Shown: positions 36,041 to 45,872, counted from the stretch's first letter. The stretch is 64,000 nt of DNA from an uncultured Rickettsiales bacterium (GCA_964535825.1 CAZHUC010000003.1:6485-70484); one strand, 5' to 3'. Numbers and translations are program-made. The notes: generated from the letters alone by a model not told the origin.

Positions 36041-37022
36041 GAAAATCCTGACACTCGCGGTACTGGCCGCACTCATTATCGGTGGGTTCATGTTCTGGCG
36101 CGAGGATGGTCATGAACATGCTCCTGCTGAACAGCAAGCGCATGCGCATAGCGAAGAAGAAAAAGATGAACACGGGCACGCGCACGGCGAAGGGGAGCAT
36201 GGTGAGGAAGGCCATGTGGAGGTAACTCAGGAAATTGCTGTTGAGTCCGGCATCACGGTGGAAGAAGTAGCTCCAGCGACGGTACGCGAGACGGTACAGC
36301 TTACCGGGCGCATACTCCTCAACCAGAATATATCTGCTTATGTGAAGGCGCGTTTTTCCGGCGTGGTGCGCGAGGTGAAGAAGAGCGTAGGCGACACCGT
36401 GGCCAAAGGTGACGTACTGGCGATGGTAGAAAGCAACGACAGCTTGCAGGTCTATCCGGTAACGGCACCGCTTGGTGGCACTGTACTGGAACGCAGCGTC
36501 AATGCAGGCGATACGGCGAGCGATGCACCCATTTTTGTGATTTCCGACCTTTCACAGCTTTGGACTGAGTTCCACGTGTTCCCGCAGGACAGCAGGCATG
36601 TGCAGATGAATCAGAATGTGCGCGTCAGTGGCATACAGGATAATCTCGTGGGCGATGCGCAGGTGTTTTCCATGCTGCCGGTGGCGGAAAGTGCCACGCA
36701 GACGCTGGTGATGCGCGCATTGCTGCCCAATCCAGAAGGCAAATGGCGACCCAGCATGATTGTGCATGGTGATGTGGCGACAGCAGAAAAGGATGTGTCG
36801 CTTGCTGTGAAAACGGAAGCCATACAGCGCATAGGCGAGGATTCAGTGGTGTTCGTGCAGGAGGGCGACCGTTTTGAGATGCGTAAGCTGAAATTGGGCA
36901 TCAGTGACGCGGAGATGACGGAAGTGCTGGAGGGTGTGAATGCAGGTGAGAAATACGCAAGCACGAACAGCTTCCTGCTGAAAGCCGAACTCGGCAAATC
37001 CGAAGCCAATCATGAACACTGA
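36030..37022 (+). CDS. czcB: Heavy-metal efflux RND periplasmic adaptor (CzcB/CusB family) with His-rich N-terminus
   Basis: An N-terminal TM is followed by a HEHAPAEQQAHAHSEEEKDEHGHAHGEGEHGEEGH tract, then membrane-fusion-protein lipoyl/beta-barrel motifs. Confidence 0.88.
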   Translation: MRNKKILTLAVLAALIIGGFMFWREDGHEHAPAEQQAHAHSEEEKDEHGHAHGEGEHGEEGHVEVTQEIAVESGITVEEVAPATVRETVQLTGRILLNQNISAYVKARFSGVVREVKKSVGDTVAKGDVLAMVESNDSLQVYPVTAPLGGTVLERSVNAGDTASDAPIFVISDLSQLWTEFHVFPQDSRHVQMNQNVRVSGIQDNLVGDAQVFSMLPVAESATQTLVMRALLPNPEGKWRPSMIVHGDVATAEKDVSLAVKTEAIQRIGEDSVVFVQEGDRFEMRKLKLGISDAEMTEVLEGVNAGEKYASTNSFLLKAELGKSEANHEH

Positions 37023-37033
37023 GGAACCACGCC

Positions 37034-40000
37034 ATGATTGAACGTATCTTACAATTCTCCCTGCAACATCGGTTGCTAATTGTGCTGGCAACGGCGATGG
37101 TGTGCGCAGTAGGGCTTTATTCCCTGCAAAAACTGCCGATAGATGCAGTGCCGGACATCACCAACAAGCAGGTGCAGATTAACACCACGATGGCAGCACT
37201 CTCACCGTTTGAGATTGAAAAGCAGGTCACTTACCCGATTGAAACCGCACTTTCCGGTATTCCCGGTTTGGAAAGCACGCGTTCGCTTTCGCGCAACGGT
37301 TTCTCGCAGGTGACCGCCGTCTTTGAAGAAGACGTAGATATTTATTTCGCCCGCCAGCAGGTAAGCGAGCGATTAAGCGAAGCCCGCGAAAGCTTGCCAG
37401 AAGGTGCTGAACCGCGCATGGGGGCGATTTCTACCGGCCTTGGCGAAATCTATATGTGGACGGTTTCCTACGCCCATCCGCAGGGTAAAGGGGCAGATAT
37501 CAAAAACGGCGAACCGGGCTGGCAGAATGATGGTAGCTACCTGACCCCGGAAGGGCTCACGCTGAAAAATGAACACGAGCTGGCATCTTACCTGCGCACT
37601 GTGCAGGATTGGATTATTAAACCGCAACTCAAAAGCGTTAAGGGTGTTGCAGGTGTTGATACTATCGGCGGGTACGAGATGCAGTATCACGTGCAGCCGT
37701 ACCCGGAAAAACTCATCGCGCTGGGGCTCACGTTTAGTGATGTCATCGAATCTATCGAGCGCAACAATACCAGCACCGGCGCGGGCTTTATCGAAAAAAG
37801 TGGCGAGGCCTACATGGTGCGGGCGCATGGACGCGTGGATACGTTGGAGCAGCTTGGGCAAACCGTCGTTGCTACGTATAAGAACGTACCGGTATTCCTG
37901 AAAGACGTAGCATTCATCGGTATTGGCAGGGAATTGCGCACCGGCTCGGCTTCCATGAACGCTCAGGAAGTGGTCGCGGGTACGGCCATGATGCTGATTG
38001 GCGAAAACAGCCGTACTGTATCCGAAGCCGTGGATAAAAAACTCATGGAAGTGAATAAAAGCCTGCCACCGGATATTGTGGCCAAGACCGTGCTTAACCG
38101 CACCAAGCTGGTGGATTCTACTATCGCCACCGTGCAAACGAATCTGACAGAAGGTGCGTTGCTGGTTATTGCCGTGCTATTCCTATTGCTCGGTAATTTC
38201 CGCGCTGCGCTGATTACGGCACTGGTTATTCCCATTGCCATGCTGATGACAGCAACCGGCATGGTACGTGCCGGTATCAGCGGCAATTTGATGAGCCTCG
38301 GCGCACTGGATTTCGGCCTGATTGTGGATGGTGCGGTCATCATCACGGAAAACGCGTTGCGCAGGCTTGCCATGCGCCAGCATCATGAGGGACGTTTGCT
38401 CAATCTCTCGGAGCGAATGCACGAAGTAATGGCAGCCAGCAAGGAAATGATTCAGCCCACCGTGTTTGGGCAGGCCATCATCATCCTTGTCTATGTGCCG
38501 CTGCTGACGTTTTCCGGCATAGAAGGAAAAATGTTCGAGCCGATGGCGATGACGGTTATCTTCGCGCTGGTGGCGGCCTTCATCTTGTCGCTTACTTTCG
38601 TGCCTGCCATGATTGCGCTGTTCGTCACCGGCAAGGTTGAGGAGAAAGAAAGCAAGGCGGTCTCCAAGGCAAAGAACTGGTATGTACCATGGCTTACCTT
38701 CGCTATTAACCGCCCGATGCCGGTCATCGGTGCGTCTGTTGCAGGCTTTGTGCTGTCGCTGTTGCTGTTTACCACGATGGGACGCGAGTTTATCCCCACG
38801 CTGGATGAGAAGGACATTTCCATGCACGCTATGCGTATCCCCAGCACATCGTTGGCGCAGTCGCAGGCCATGCAGTTTCAGGTAGAAAAAGCGGTCAGCA
38901 ACGTGCCGGAAGTAGATTTTGTTTTCTCCAAAATCGGCACGGCGGAAATGGCCGCAGACCCCATGCCGCCCAACGTGGCCGATACTTTTATCATTCTTAA
39001 AGACCGCAAAGAGTGGCCGGATTCCAACCTTTCCAAGCCGGAGTTGATTGCCAAGATTGAAGCGGAAGTAAACAAACTCCCCGGCAATGCCTACGAGTTC
39101 ACCCAGCCTATCCAGATGCGTTTCAACGAACTGATTTCCGGCGTGCGCAGCGACGTGGCGGTAAAAATCTATGGCGATGATTTTGAGCAGATGCAAAAAA
39201 CCGCCGCGCAAATTGCAGTGGTCTTGCGCAAAACGGATGGTGCCGCCGATGTGAAGGTTGAACAGACTGACGGTCTGCCGCGACTTGATGTTGCGCTTAA
39301 CCGCGACGCCATCGCCCATTACGGGTTAAACGTGCAAGACGTACTGGATGTGGTAGCCATGGCCATTGGCGGGCGTGAAGCCGGGCTGATTTTCCAAGGT
39401 GACCGGCGTTTTGACATCGTAGTGCGTCTGCCCGATGCCTTGCGCCAGAACATACAGGCACTGGAAAACCTGCACATCATGCTGCCTGTGAATGACAATG
39501 AGGTGCATACCACACTTAATTACGTCCCACTTAAACAAGTGGCGAAGCTCACTTTCTCCGAAGGCCCGAATCAGGTCAGCCGTGAGAATGGCAAACGGCG
39601 TGTGGTGGTACAGGCCAACGTGCGTGGGCGTGACATAGGCTCCTTTGTTGAAGAAGCGCAGGCCGGTATAGACCAGCAGGTAAAAGTTCCTGCCGGGTAC
39701 TGGCTTGAATGGGGTGGGCAGTTCAAGAACCTGCAAGAGGCAACCGCACGGCTCAGCCTCGTAGTGCCTGCCTGCTTCTTCATGATTTTTGTGCTGCTCT
39801 TTACCGCGCTCGGCTCGACAAAGCAGGCGTTGCTGGTTTTCTCCGGCGTGCCGCTGGCACTCACTGGTGGCATACTGACGCTCTGGCTGCGTGGTATGCC
39901 GTTCTCCATCTCGGCAGCAGTGGGCTTCATCGCGCTTTCGGGCATTGCCGTGCTGAACGGACTGGTGCTGATTACCAGCATCAACCAGCTTATCCGTGAA

Positions 40001-40267
40001 GGCAGAAAACCCGAAGAAGCTATCAGCGAAGGTGCGCTCATCCGCCTGCGGCCTGTATTGATGACCGCGCTGGTGGCCTCGCTCGGTTTCCTGCCGATGG
40101 CCATTGCTACCGGAGCAGGCGCAGAAGTACAAAAGCCGCTGGCAACCGTGGTCATCGGCGGGCTTATCACTGCTACCGCACTCACGCTGTTGGTGCTTCC
40201 CGCGCTTTACCGCCACTTCCAACTGGCGTTAGACGTAATGCAGAAGGAAGAAAATGTGCTTAAATAA
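37034..40267 (+). CDS. czcA: CusA/CzcA-family heavy-metal efflux RND transporter
   Basis: 1077 aa. The N-terminus MIERILQFSL.HR.L and the 12-TM RND architecture with two large periplasmic loops are typical of HME-RND pumps. Confidence 0.95.
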   Translation: MIERILQFSLQHRLLIVLATAMVCAVGLYSLQKLPIDAVPDITNKQVQINTTMAALSPFEIEKQVTYPIETALSGIPGLESTRSLSRNGFSQVTAVFEEDVDIYFARQQVSERLSEARESLPEGAEPRMGAISTGLGEIYMWTVSYAHPQGKGADIKNGEPGWQNDGSYLTPEGLTLKNEHELASYLRTVQDWIIKPQLKSVKGVAGVDTIGGYEMQYHVQPYPEKLIALGLTFSDVIESIERNNTSTGAGFIEKSGEAYMVRAHGRVDTLEQLGQTVVATYKNVPVFLKDVAFIGIGRELRTGSASMNAQEVVAGTAMMLIGENSRTVSEAVDKKLMEVNKSLPPDIVAKTVLNRTKLVDSTIATVQTNLTEGALLVIAVLFLLLGNFRAALITALVIPIAMLMTATGMVRAGISGNLMSLGALDFGLIVDGAVIITENALRRLAMRQHHEGRLLNLSERMHEVMAASKEMIQPTVFGQAIIILVYVPLLTFSGIEGKMFEPMAMTVIFALVAAFILSLTFVPAMIALFVTGKVEEKESKAVSKAKNWYVPWLTFAINRPMPVIGASVAGFVLSLLLFTTMGREFIPTLDEKDISMHAMRIPSTSLAQSQAMQFQVEKAVSNVPEVDFVFSKIGTAEMAADPMPPNVADTFIILKDRKEWPDSNLSKPELIAKIEAEVNKLPGNAYEFTQPIQMRFNELISGVRSDVAVKIYGDDFEQMQKTAAQIAVVLRKTDGAADVKVEQTDGLPRLDVALNRDAIAHYGLNVQDVLDVVAMAIGGREAGLIFQGDRRFDIVVRLPDALRQNIQALENLHIMLPVNDNEVHTTLNYVPLKQVAKLTFSEGPNQVSRENGKRRVVVQANVRGRDIGSFVEEAQAGIDQQVKVPAGYWLEWGGQFKNLQEATARLSLVVPACFFMIFVLLFTALGSTKQALLVFSGVPLALTGGILTLWLRGMPFSISAAVGFIALSGIAVLNGLVLITSINQLIREGRKPEEAISEGALIRLRPVLMTALVASLGFLPMAIATGAGAEVQKPLATVVIGGLITATALTLLVLPALYRHFQLALDVMQKEENVLK

Positions 40268-40561
40268 TACTTCCGATAGCCTTACAGCCGACAATCGCCA
40301 TTTGCAGACACACGCCAAGACATAGGCAAAGCCATCCAACCTTGTATGACTTACCCAACTGGATTTCTATAAATCCGGGGTTGCCGGAGAAGTCTCCCAT
40401 ATCAATCAGATACTGACTGCTCCTTATCTTTGAGCTGACGGTCAGCATAATACCCACCAAATTTAAGGTAAGGCTAATCAACATAACCATGCTCTCAATG
40501 TTATCGGACATTCTGCCTCCAGCTCCTTAATCAAAACAGGGCGAAGAATAGACCTTCCCAG

Positions 40562-40900
40562 CTATTCATACACCTTAAATTCCTTCACCACCCAGCTATC
40601 GTCGTTACCGTCACCGGTATATTTAAGCTGACAGAAGAAATTTGTGCGTATCGTCGCACCAAAGCCATTTTGAGCATCCACGTATGAATTAACAGTGTAA
40701 GTTTGCCCCGCACCGACACGCGCCTGTATCGTCCACGGAAAATCGGCTGTACTGGGCGATTTTAGAGAATTTTCGACCAATTCTTTGCAATAGACAACGG
40801 CATGGACTTCATACCCGCCGCTGGCCTCTATTTTCTTTGGCCCGCTGCTGCACATACCAATTGCGAAGAGAGCGATAATAATTAGTAGTATTTGCCCCAT
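40562..40900 (-). CDS. Putative small lipoprotein, hypothetical
   Basis: Start is taken at MGQILLIIIALFAIGMC, a lipobox-like motif. About 112 aa with no recognisable family. Confidence 0.45.
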   Translation of the reverse strand: MGQILLIIIALFAIGMCSSGPKKIEASGGYEVHAVVYCKELVENSLKSPSTADFPWTIQARVGAGQTYTVNSYVDAQNGFGATIRTNFFCQLKYTGDGNDDSWVVKEFKVYE

Positions 40901-40961
40901 AGTTCCCCCAAGGAACACGACCACCCGTTTTCAGACAGATGGTCGTGGATTCCATGCTGCA

Positions 40962-41579
40962 TTAAAATTGAAAGTTTACGCCCAGGTTGGCAGTAACGGC
41001 ATCTTTGACCGCGCCATCGAAATCCGCGCCCTGATAACGCACGAGTCCGCGAACATTCAGATTGTCCGTCAGCCAGTATTGTACCCCGCCGCCAAAACGT
41101 GCCTTGGTTTCGGTTTCATCAATGGAGCCGGTGCCAAGGCCGGGTGCCGAGGCTTCCACTTCGCCGGTAAGATGCGAAATGCCAACCGTACCGATAAACT
41201 CGAACTTGCCGGAATCGCCTACCGGCAGATAGCCGAGGGCGTCGAGGGTGAAGCCATGAACGCTAGTCTTGGTATTAATGCCAGTGCTGAGCACGTTAGT
41301 CTTGTCGGCCTCATCACCCCATATATACCCGGCCTCAATGCCGAGGTGCTTGTGGACACGCGCACCGACATGCAAGTGAACGCCATGCAGGGAATCGTTG
41401 GCAATATCGTCGCCGTTAATGCCGGTGCCGCCAATATCATCTTCGTAATTGACACTGGTGAACTGATAATCAGCCCCAACATAGGGCTTGAAGAAGAAAT
41501 TAGGCGTATTGGCCTGCGCTGGCGCGGATAAAAGCGCAAGTGCGGACAGGTATAGGGTGGTTTTAAGGTAGGGTTTCAT
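40962..41579 (-). CDS. Outer-membrane beta-barrel protein (OmpA-like/opacity-porin-type 8-strand barrel)
   Basis: Signal peptide MKPYLKTTLYLSALALLSAPAQA, alternating-hydrophobicity strands (YVGADYQF, GIEAGY), and a C-terminal ...NLGVNFQF with terminal Phe. Confidence 0.75.
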   Translation of the reverse strand: MKPYLKTTLYLSALALLSAPAQANTPNFFFKPYVGADYQFTSVNYEDDIGGTGINGDDIANDSLHGVHLHVGARVHKHLGIEAGYIWGDEADKTNVLSTGINTKTSVHGFTLDALGYLPVGDSGKFEFIGTVGISHLTGEVEASAPGLGTGSIDETETKARFGGGVQYWLTDNLNVRGLVRYQGADFDGAVKDAVTANLGVNFQF

Positions 41580-41958
41580 GGTCAACTCCTCGGTTGTGTT
41601 AAAGAACACACCCGTCCTGCGACGAGTGCCGGGGAGTTTGAAAACCTATCTTGTGAAAGGTCGCGCATGTCTTTAGCTTTCGCCTGAACATACACATGCG
41701 CCTCCCCGACATAAGTCGAGGAGTACGATGACGGTGTACAAACCGCACAAGATGAGGTTTCAAAGCCCCGGTGCCAGCTATGGCCAGCACTGCGCCCACC
41801 TTACGGGTAAACGCCAATAAATCAACGAGAATATGGCATGCTGCCCTGAAATACAGGCAGAAAGCCGATTTTGTGGCCACGAAGCAACATTATTTGCACT
41901 CAAGTGCACTACGTTTTTTGGACATTAAGTCGGCCTTTTCGTTGGATGGACATTACCA

Positions 41959-42429
41959 TTACTCCTTATGCATGTTATCCACCCCAGCAGATATTTGCGC
42001 CAGCGTTGCACCTGAGTGCAAAAAGTTGGGGGTTTCAAGTTTTGCCAGTTCCATAAGCATTTTCGTATAATGCGCCATCTCAGCCGTTACTTCACGGTCA
42101 AGAACCGGCAGTTCCTCTTCTTTGGCATACAGCTTCAGCAGGCGTTTTTTCTGCATAGGAACTAATTGCAGCAGTTCCTTGATACAATTTACTTTTACCG
42201 ACTCCTTAGGCTGTTCATTCAGCGGTGTATGCGACATCAACTCCTCCCGATAGCGTGACACTTGTTTACGCAGGGCCTCTTCCGATATGTCAGGCAGAAG
42301 TCCCCAGTCTTTTTTTATTTTCGTTGCTACTATTAAGGCGGATTCCCCAGCCAATAGCATGCTATTCACTTCTTTAATCTGCTCGATGGCCAAGCAGAGA
42401 AGGCTCTTATATTTTTGTTTGATTTTCAT
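41959..42429 (-). CDS. Hypothetical island protein
   Basis: 156-aa ORF whose ATG overlaps the stop of the upstream Rep-like gene by 1 nt (both at 42429). No family recognised. Confidence 0.5.
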   Translation of the reverse strand: MKIKQKYKSLLCLAIEQIKEVNSMLLAGESALIVATKIKKDWGLLPDISEEALRKQVSRYREELMSHTPLNEQPKESVKVNCIKELLQLVPMQKKRLLKLYAKEEELPVLDREVTAEMAHYTKMLMELAKLETPNFLHSGATLAQISAGVDNMHKE

Positions 42430-43484
42430 CAGGCAGCCCCCTGTAAAGGTTCGGCGTACGGAGATAACAAGCCATATTGTTCAAGCAAATTTACCCATTG
42501 CTGCTGCCATGTAGCCTTTGGACTCCACCAACCTGGCACTGCCGACGCAAAGTGCAGCAGTGCCTTCTGGCGACGGTAATGCGGTAAGGATTTCATCGCA
42601 TTAAAGAAGTTCTGAGACTGCATAAGCTCTTTGAAGTTGGCTGGGTCTTTGACGGCGGCATCAATATCCAGCTTTGCCGTCTCAAATACGTGTAGGCGGG
42701 TAAACGGAGTGGACATATAGGCCAGTTCTTTGAGAGCGATGTTTTTGACCATCGCTTCCAGTCGGGTCAAATAGGTTTCAGGCACTGCTTCCTGTTCAAC
42801 GCGCTCCATCTTCTTCTTTCGGTTATAGCATTTGAAGGAAACGGTGCTGCTCTTCTTACCGAAGTAAAGCGTACCATCTTCTTTATTCGGGCTGTATTCG
42901 GGGGAGCTATGCACACGGTCGCAATATATCGAGAGCGATTTCTTTTCCGCTGGAACGTCGTAACAAATCTCCATATACGCAACCTTGGCATCTTGCACGA
43001 TGCCGTTATAGCCGCCGGGCAGGAGCTTATTGAGTTGGCTTTTCGCTGTAAAAACACCCTCAGCCCCCATTTTTGCAGGGTTAAGTGTAATACGTGCGTA
43101 AGGTACACCGGGGAAAATCGGCATAATTTCTAAGAAGAAGTGGGGCACAAGTTTCGATTTCCACTTCCTGAGATAAATAAGTTTCGGCTTCTTACCCGAT
43201 ACCTTGTGCTGCTTACTGAACAACAGCTTAAAACCTAATTCTTTGCCATACATAACCAGTATGTGCTTAATAAACTGTCTTACAGCTTCCTCTTCTACTG
43301 GCAGTAAAAGCACCATTTTATCTATACCCAGATGATGGCTATTATAATTACATCCACTTAGAATCTTGCTCGTATCTATTTTACTTTTGTCGTCTTTACC
43401 AAAGACTGCACAAGCATCATTGTTTCCGCTCAAGCTAGCAGAAGGGTGGTTAAGCGCGGATTTCTTTTTGATATTCAAAGACAC
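42429..43484 (-). CDS. Putative replication-initiation protein (Rep_trans/RstA-like)
   Basis: LYFGKKSSTVSFKCYNRKKKME and LTRLEA resemble the 'Y.G.R.S....R.YdK..E' and '.tR.E.' motifs of rolling-circle Rep_trans proteins of integrative elements and filamentous phages. This is recognition from memory, not a search. Confidence 0.5.
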   Translation of the reverse strand: MSLNIKKKSALNHPSASLSGNNDACAVFGKDDKSKIDTSKILSGCNYNSHHLGIDKMVLLLPVEEEAVRQFIKHILVMYGKELGFKLLFSKQHKVSGKKPKLIYLRKWKSKLVPHFFLEIMPIFPGVPYARITLNPAKMGAEGVFTAKSQLNKLLPGGYNGIVQDAKVAYMEICYDVPAEKKSLSIYCDRVHSSPEYSPNKEDGTLYFGKKSSTVSFKCYNRKKKMERVEQEAVPETYLTRLEAMVKNIALKELAYMSTPFTRLHVFETAKLDIDAAVKDPANFKELMQSQNFFNAMKSLPHYRRQKALLHFASAVPGWWSPKATWQQQWVNLLEQYGLLSPYAEPLQGAA

Positions 43485-43708
43485 GGCTGCTCTCCTGCTG
43501 CACCAACCAGATTCTTTATAAGGAACGCCTGTAAGTCTCCGCGTCTGTAGCGGATAGCGCGTGTTGAAAGGCGAATAAATGGAATGTGCGGCATCTTACG
43601 GCAGCGGTCGCGCTCAAGAAATGCAGCACTAACGCCCAGCAAAGCTGCGGCTTGGTCAGTTTTCAGAAGATTATCGGGGATAATTAAAACGTCATTAGTC
43701 GTAGGCAT
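43475..43708 (-). CDS. AlpA/excisionase-family helix-turn-helix protein
   Basis: Start is taken at an ATG preceded by GGAGG (MPTTNDVL...). The 77-aa protein has LLKTDQAAALLGVS..FLERDR and IPFIRLS.RAIRY, typical of AlpA/Xis-type regulators. It lies adjacent to the integrase. Confidence 0.7.
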   Translation of the reverse strand: MPTTNDVLIIPDNLLKTDQAAALLGVSAAFLERDRCRKMPHIPFIRLSTRAIRYRRGDLQAFLIKNLVGAAGEQPCL

Positions 43709-43863
43709 CCGTACCTCCAAGGAAAGGGTTTTAACTCGCACCCCGCAGCCTTTCGGCTGACTCCCTCCTTGGAAAAGAATGCATACACTATAAATACGCA
43801 CACCTGTGCAATACCCATAACGTCTATGCTGAAACTAACAATTCCTTGCCGAAAAGTCAAGGA

Positions 43864-45123
43864 TTATGCAGATTTTTTATCGTGTATAATAGTCGTGTAA
43901 CTCGTCATCGCGTGCTTATTAATCTTGGCGCATTCCAGAAAATAATCTGTGATGCGCTGCATTGGCTCGCGTAGCTTCTCAACCGAAATAACATTATATC
44001 CGTCCGAAACGTCTGTCTGGCTGATGGTGTGATTCACCAACCGTTTTGCAGAATAATACGGTACGAGCTGGTGCGCAGCGGTAGTAAAGTTACGCCGCAG
44101 GTCATGAATCATAAACTTAACCCCTGATTTCTGCGTAATGGTCTGTATATGACGCCTCGGTTCCTTCAAGTATCCATCCGGCCCATCGCCCGGAAAAACA
44201 AACACGCTGGTTGCCTGACTTTTCCTGTAGGTAAGCAGTTTAAGCAGGAAGTCTGATAACGGCAGGGTATGAGGATTGCCATTCTTCGTATCTTCGATGG
44301 TAAGTTTGCGCGCCTGTAGATTGACGTTCGACCATTTTAACTTTGCAGCTTCGTTGCGGCGCAGCCCAGTGAACAAATCGAATAAAAGGTAGTCTCGTAC
44401 CACCTCTGCCTTGTCCGTATTGTCAGTATTTTTGAGGCTCAGAACGGCTTTGAACCACGCTGGCAGGTCATGTTCTTCGATTATGCTCTGGCGACGGGTT
44501 TTCTTGTGCCACGACTTCGTTGCTGAAAGAATGTGCACTGGGTTGCTGCGTATCAAAGATTCTTCGTCATCCTTCACGTACTTTGCGATAGCAAAGTTAA
44601 AGATGGTGCGAAGTGCTCGCATAGCATTGTCGGCCTGTATTTTACCATTCTCAGCCGCCATGCGTTGATGACGCTTTAGCACCATATCACGGGTAATATC
44701 GTTCAGTTGCTTCTTCTCCCAGTCAGCGAACACCCGCTTTATCATGTACTCCATGTTAGAAACGGTACTGGGTTTCAGGTGGCGGTGCTTCAAATACTCT
44801 TGAAACGCGCATCCTAATGTCTCGCTTTTGGCCTTCTTCTGTTTATCTTCATCAACAGGATTTACCCCATCAGCCATCAGGCCGAGGAATTTTTGGGCCT
44901 TCTTGCGAGCTTCGTCTGGGGCAAGGTGCTCCGTATTGCCGATAATCTTACGGACATTCTTTCCGTTCACACGCTTTTCTACGAAGTAAGTCTTGCTCCC
45001 TTTGCCCACCCTGACGCCGAAGCCTGTCAGTTCCGTATCGCGCATAAATACCTGCCCGACCGGAGACACAGGAAGTCCATCCACTAAAGTTTTAGTTAGC
45101 TTCTTCGGTTCGCTGTGAGCCAT
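43864..45123 (-). CDS. int: Tyrosine-type site-specific integrase (P4-like, DUF4102 N-terminal arm domain)
   Basis: N-terminal arm motif FMRDTELTGFGVRV...KTYF, then catalytic-domain motifs TGLRRNE, HDLRRNF and a late Y. Start is taken at ATG 45123 (MAHSEPKK). Confidence 0.9.
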   Translation of the reverse strand: MAHSEPKKLTKTLVDGLPVSPVGQVFMRDTELTGFGVRVGKGSKTYFVEKRVNGKNVRKIIGNTEHLAPDEARKKAQKFLGLMADGVNPVDEDKQKKAKSETLGCAFQEYLKHRHLKPSTVSNMEYMIKRVFADWEKKQLNDITRDMVLKRHQRMAAENGKIQADNAMRALRTIFNFAIAKYVKDDEESLIRSNPVHILSATKSWHKKTRRQSIIEEHDLPAWFKAVLSLKNTDNTDKAEVVRDYLLFDLFTGLRRNEAAKLKWSNVNLQARKLTIEDTKNGNPHTLPLSDFLLKLLTYRKSQATSVFVFPGDGPDGYLKEPRRHIQTITQKSGVKFMIHDLRRNFTTAAHQLVPYYSAKRLVNHTISQTDVSDGYNVISVEKLREPMQRITDYFLECAKINKHAMTSYTTIIHDKKSA

Positions 45124-45314
45124 CTCGGCTATCTCCGTTGCACTTGAGTGCAATTTGTATTGCACGTAGGCAGAAAGTAGGCATGACATGACCAATTTCT
45201 ACAAACAAGATACTACTCCCTAGCATATAAAGGTCAATAAAATTCTGTAAATTCAACACTTAATACAAGACAAAACAAAACGTGCAAACTATAGCCAAGA
45301 TAGGGTTTTTGAGA

Positions 45315-45363
45315 CTCATAACCTAAAGGTCGTCAGTTCAAATCTGGCCCCCGCAACCAACCA
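45315..45363 (+). repeat. attR core (duplicated 3' part of tRNA-Met)
   Basis: 49/49 identity to 31276-31324. The upstream tRNA 5' half is absent here. Confidence 0.9.
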
Positions 45364-45489
45364 CAGAGCCACTTTCCGAAGATTGCGTTTTTCACGAAAA
45401 TAGCCGGTGCTACGCTGGTGCTACGGTTGCCCCCTATTTGAAGCAAGGCTTTTGATAGGCTATAATGATCCAATGATAAAATTACATTC

Positions 45490-45720
45490 GTGCGTGACAC
45501 CTATACATTCAATTTCGACGGCACGCCTACAGAGTTCGTGGCAGCTTTCCGCGATTATTACGGACCGACCATGAACGCATTCGATGCGGCAAGGAAGAAC
45601 GGCAAGGAGGCTGAGTTGAACAAGGAACTCGACGCACTGTTCATAGCACAGAACAAGAGCGCCGATAAAAACACCGCCGTTATCCCAGCCACTTATTTGC
45701 GAGTGACTGTTTCGCTGTAG
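45490..45720 (+). pseudogene. C-terminal remnant of a class I SAM-dependent methyltransferase-like gene
   Basis: FVAAFRDYYGPTMNAFDAA....ELNKELDALF...N.......IPATYLRVTV matches, from memory, the conserved C-terminal tail of a roughly 260-280-aa methyltransferase family. Only about 76 codons are present and there is no SAM-binding N-terminal part. Confidence 0.45.
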
Positions 45721-45839
45721 GCAGTAGTACACGGTCTAGTAAGACAGACGCCGACGCGATCCTGCAAGTCTCGGTCGGCACGTCATAAAAACTATGGTTT
45801 GGTTTTTACAGGAATCTGGATAACCAGTGCGGACGCTTC

Positions 45840-45872
45840 AGTGTTAAAGTTTGAGCTAAATCGCGCCCCGCA
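45840..45872 (+). repeat. Direct repeat copy 1 (agtgttaaagtttgagctaaatcgc + CCCCGCA)
   Basis: The 25-bp stretch 45840-45864 is identical to 53336-53360 and is followed in both copies by a C-run and GCA. It lies 7 nt beyond the stop of the S8 peptidase gene. Confidence 0.85.

Larger units (their letters stand above)
31276..45363. mobile_element. tRNA-Met-integrated genomic island (about 14.1 kb) with integrase, excisionase-like and Rep-like genes and cargo
   Basis: A perfect 49-bp direct repeat, consisting of the tRNA 3' part plus 4 nt, lies at 31276-31324 and 45315-45363. A P4-type tyrosine integrase sits next to the distal repeat. The cargo operons are unrelated to the flanking core genes. 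Confidence 0.85.

Noticed and set aside
37373-40222. Series of long minus-strand ORFs (254, 378, 298, 204 aa) inside czcA
   Set aside because: All are antisense to a 1077-aa RND pump gene with a clear family signature. Their translations are His/Arg/Gly-rich with no motifs, so they are shadow ORFs.
40260-40511. 83-aa minus-strand ORF with two hydrophobic segments downstream of czcA
   Set aside because: It is short, has no RBS that I could identify and no family resemblance, and overlaps the czcA stop convergently. Evidence is insufficient to call it a gene.
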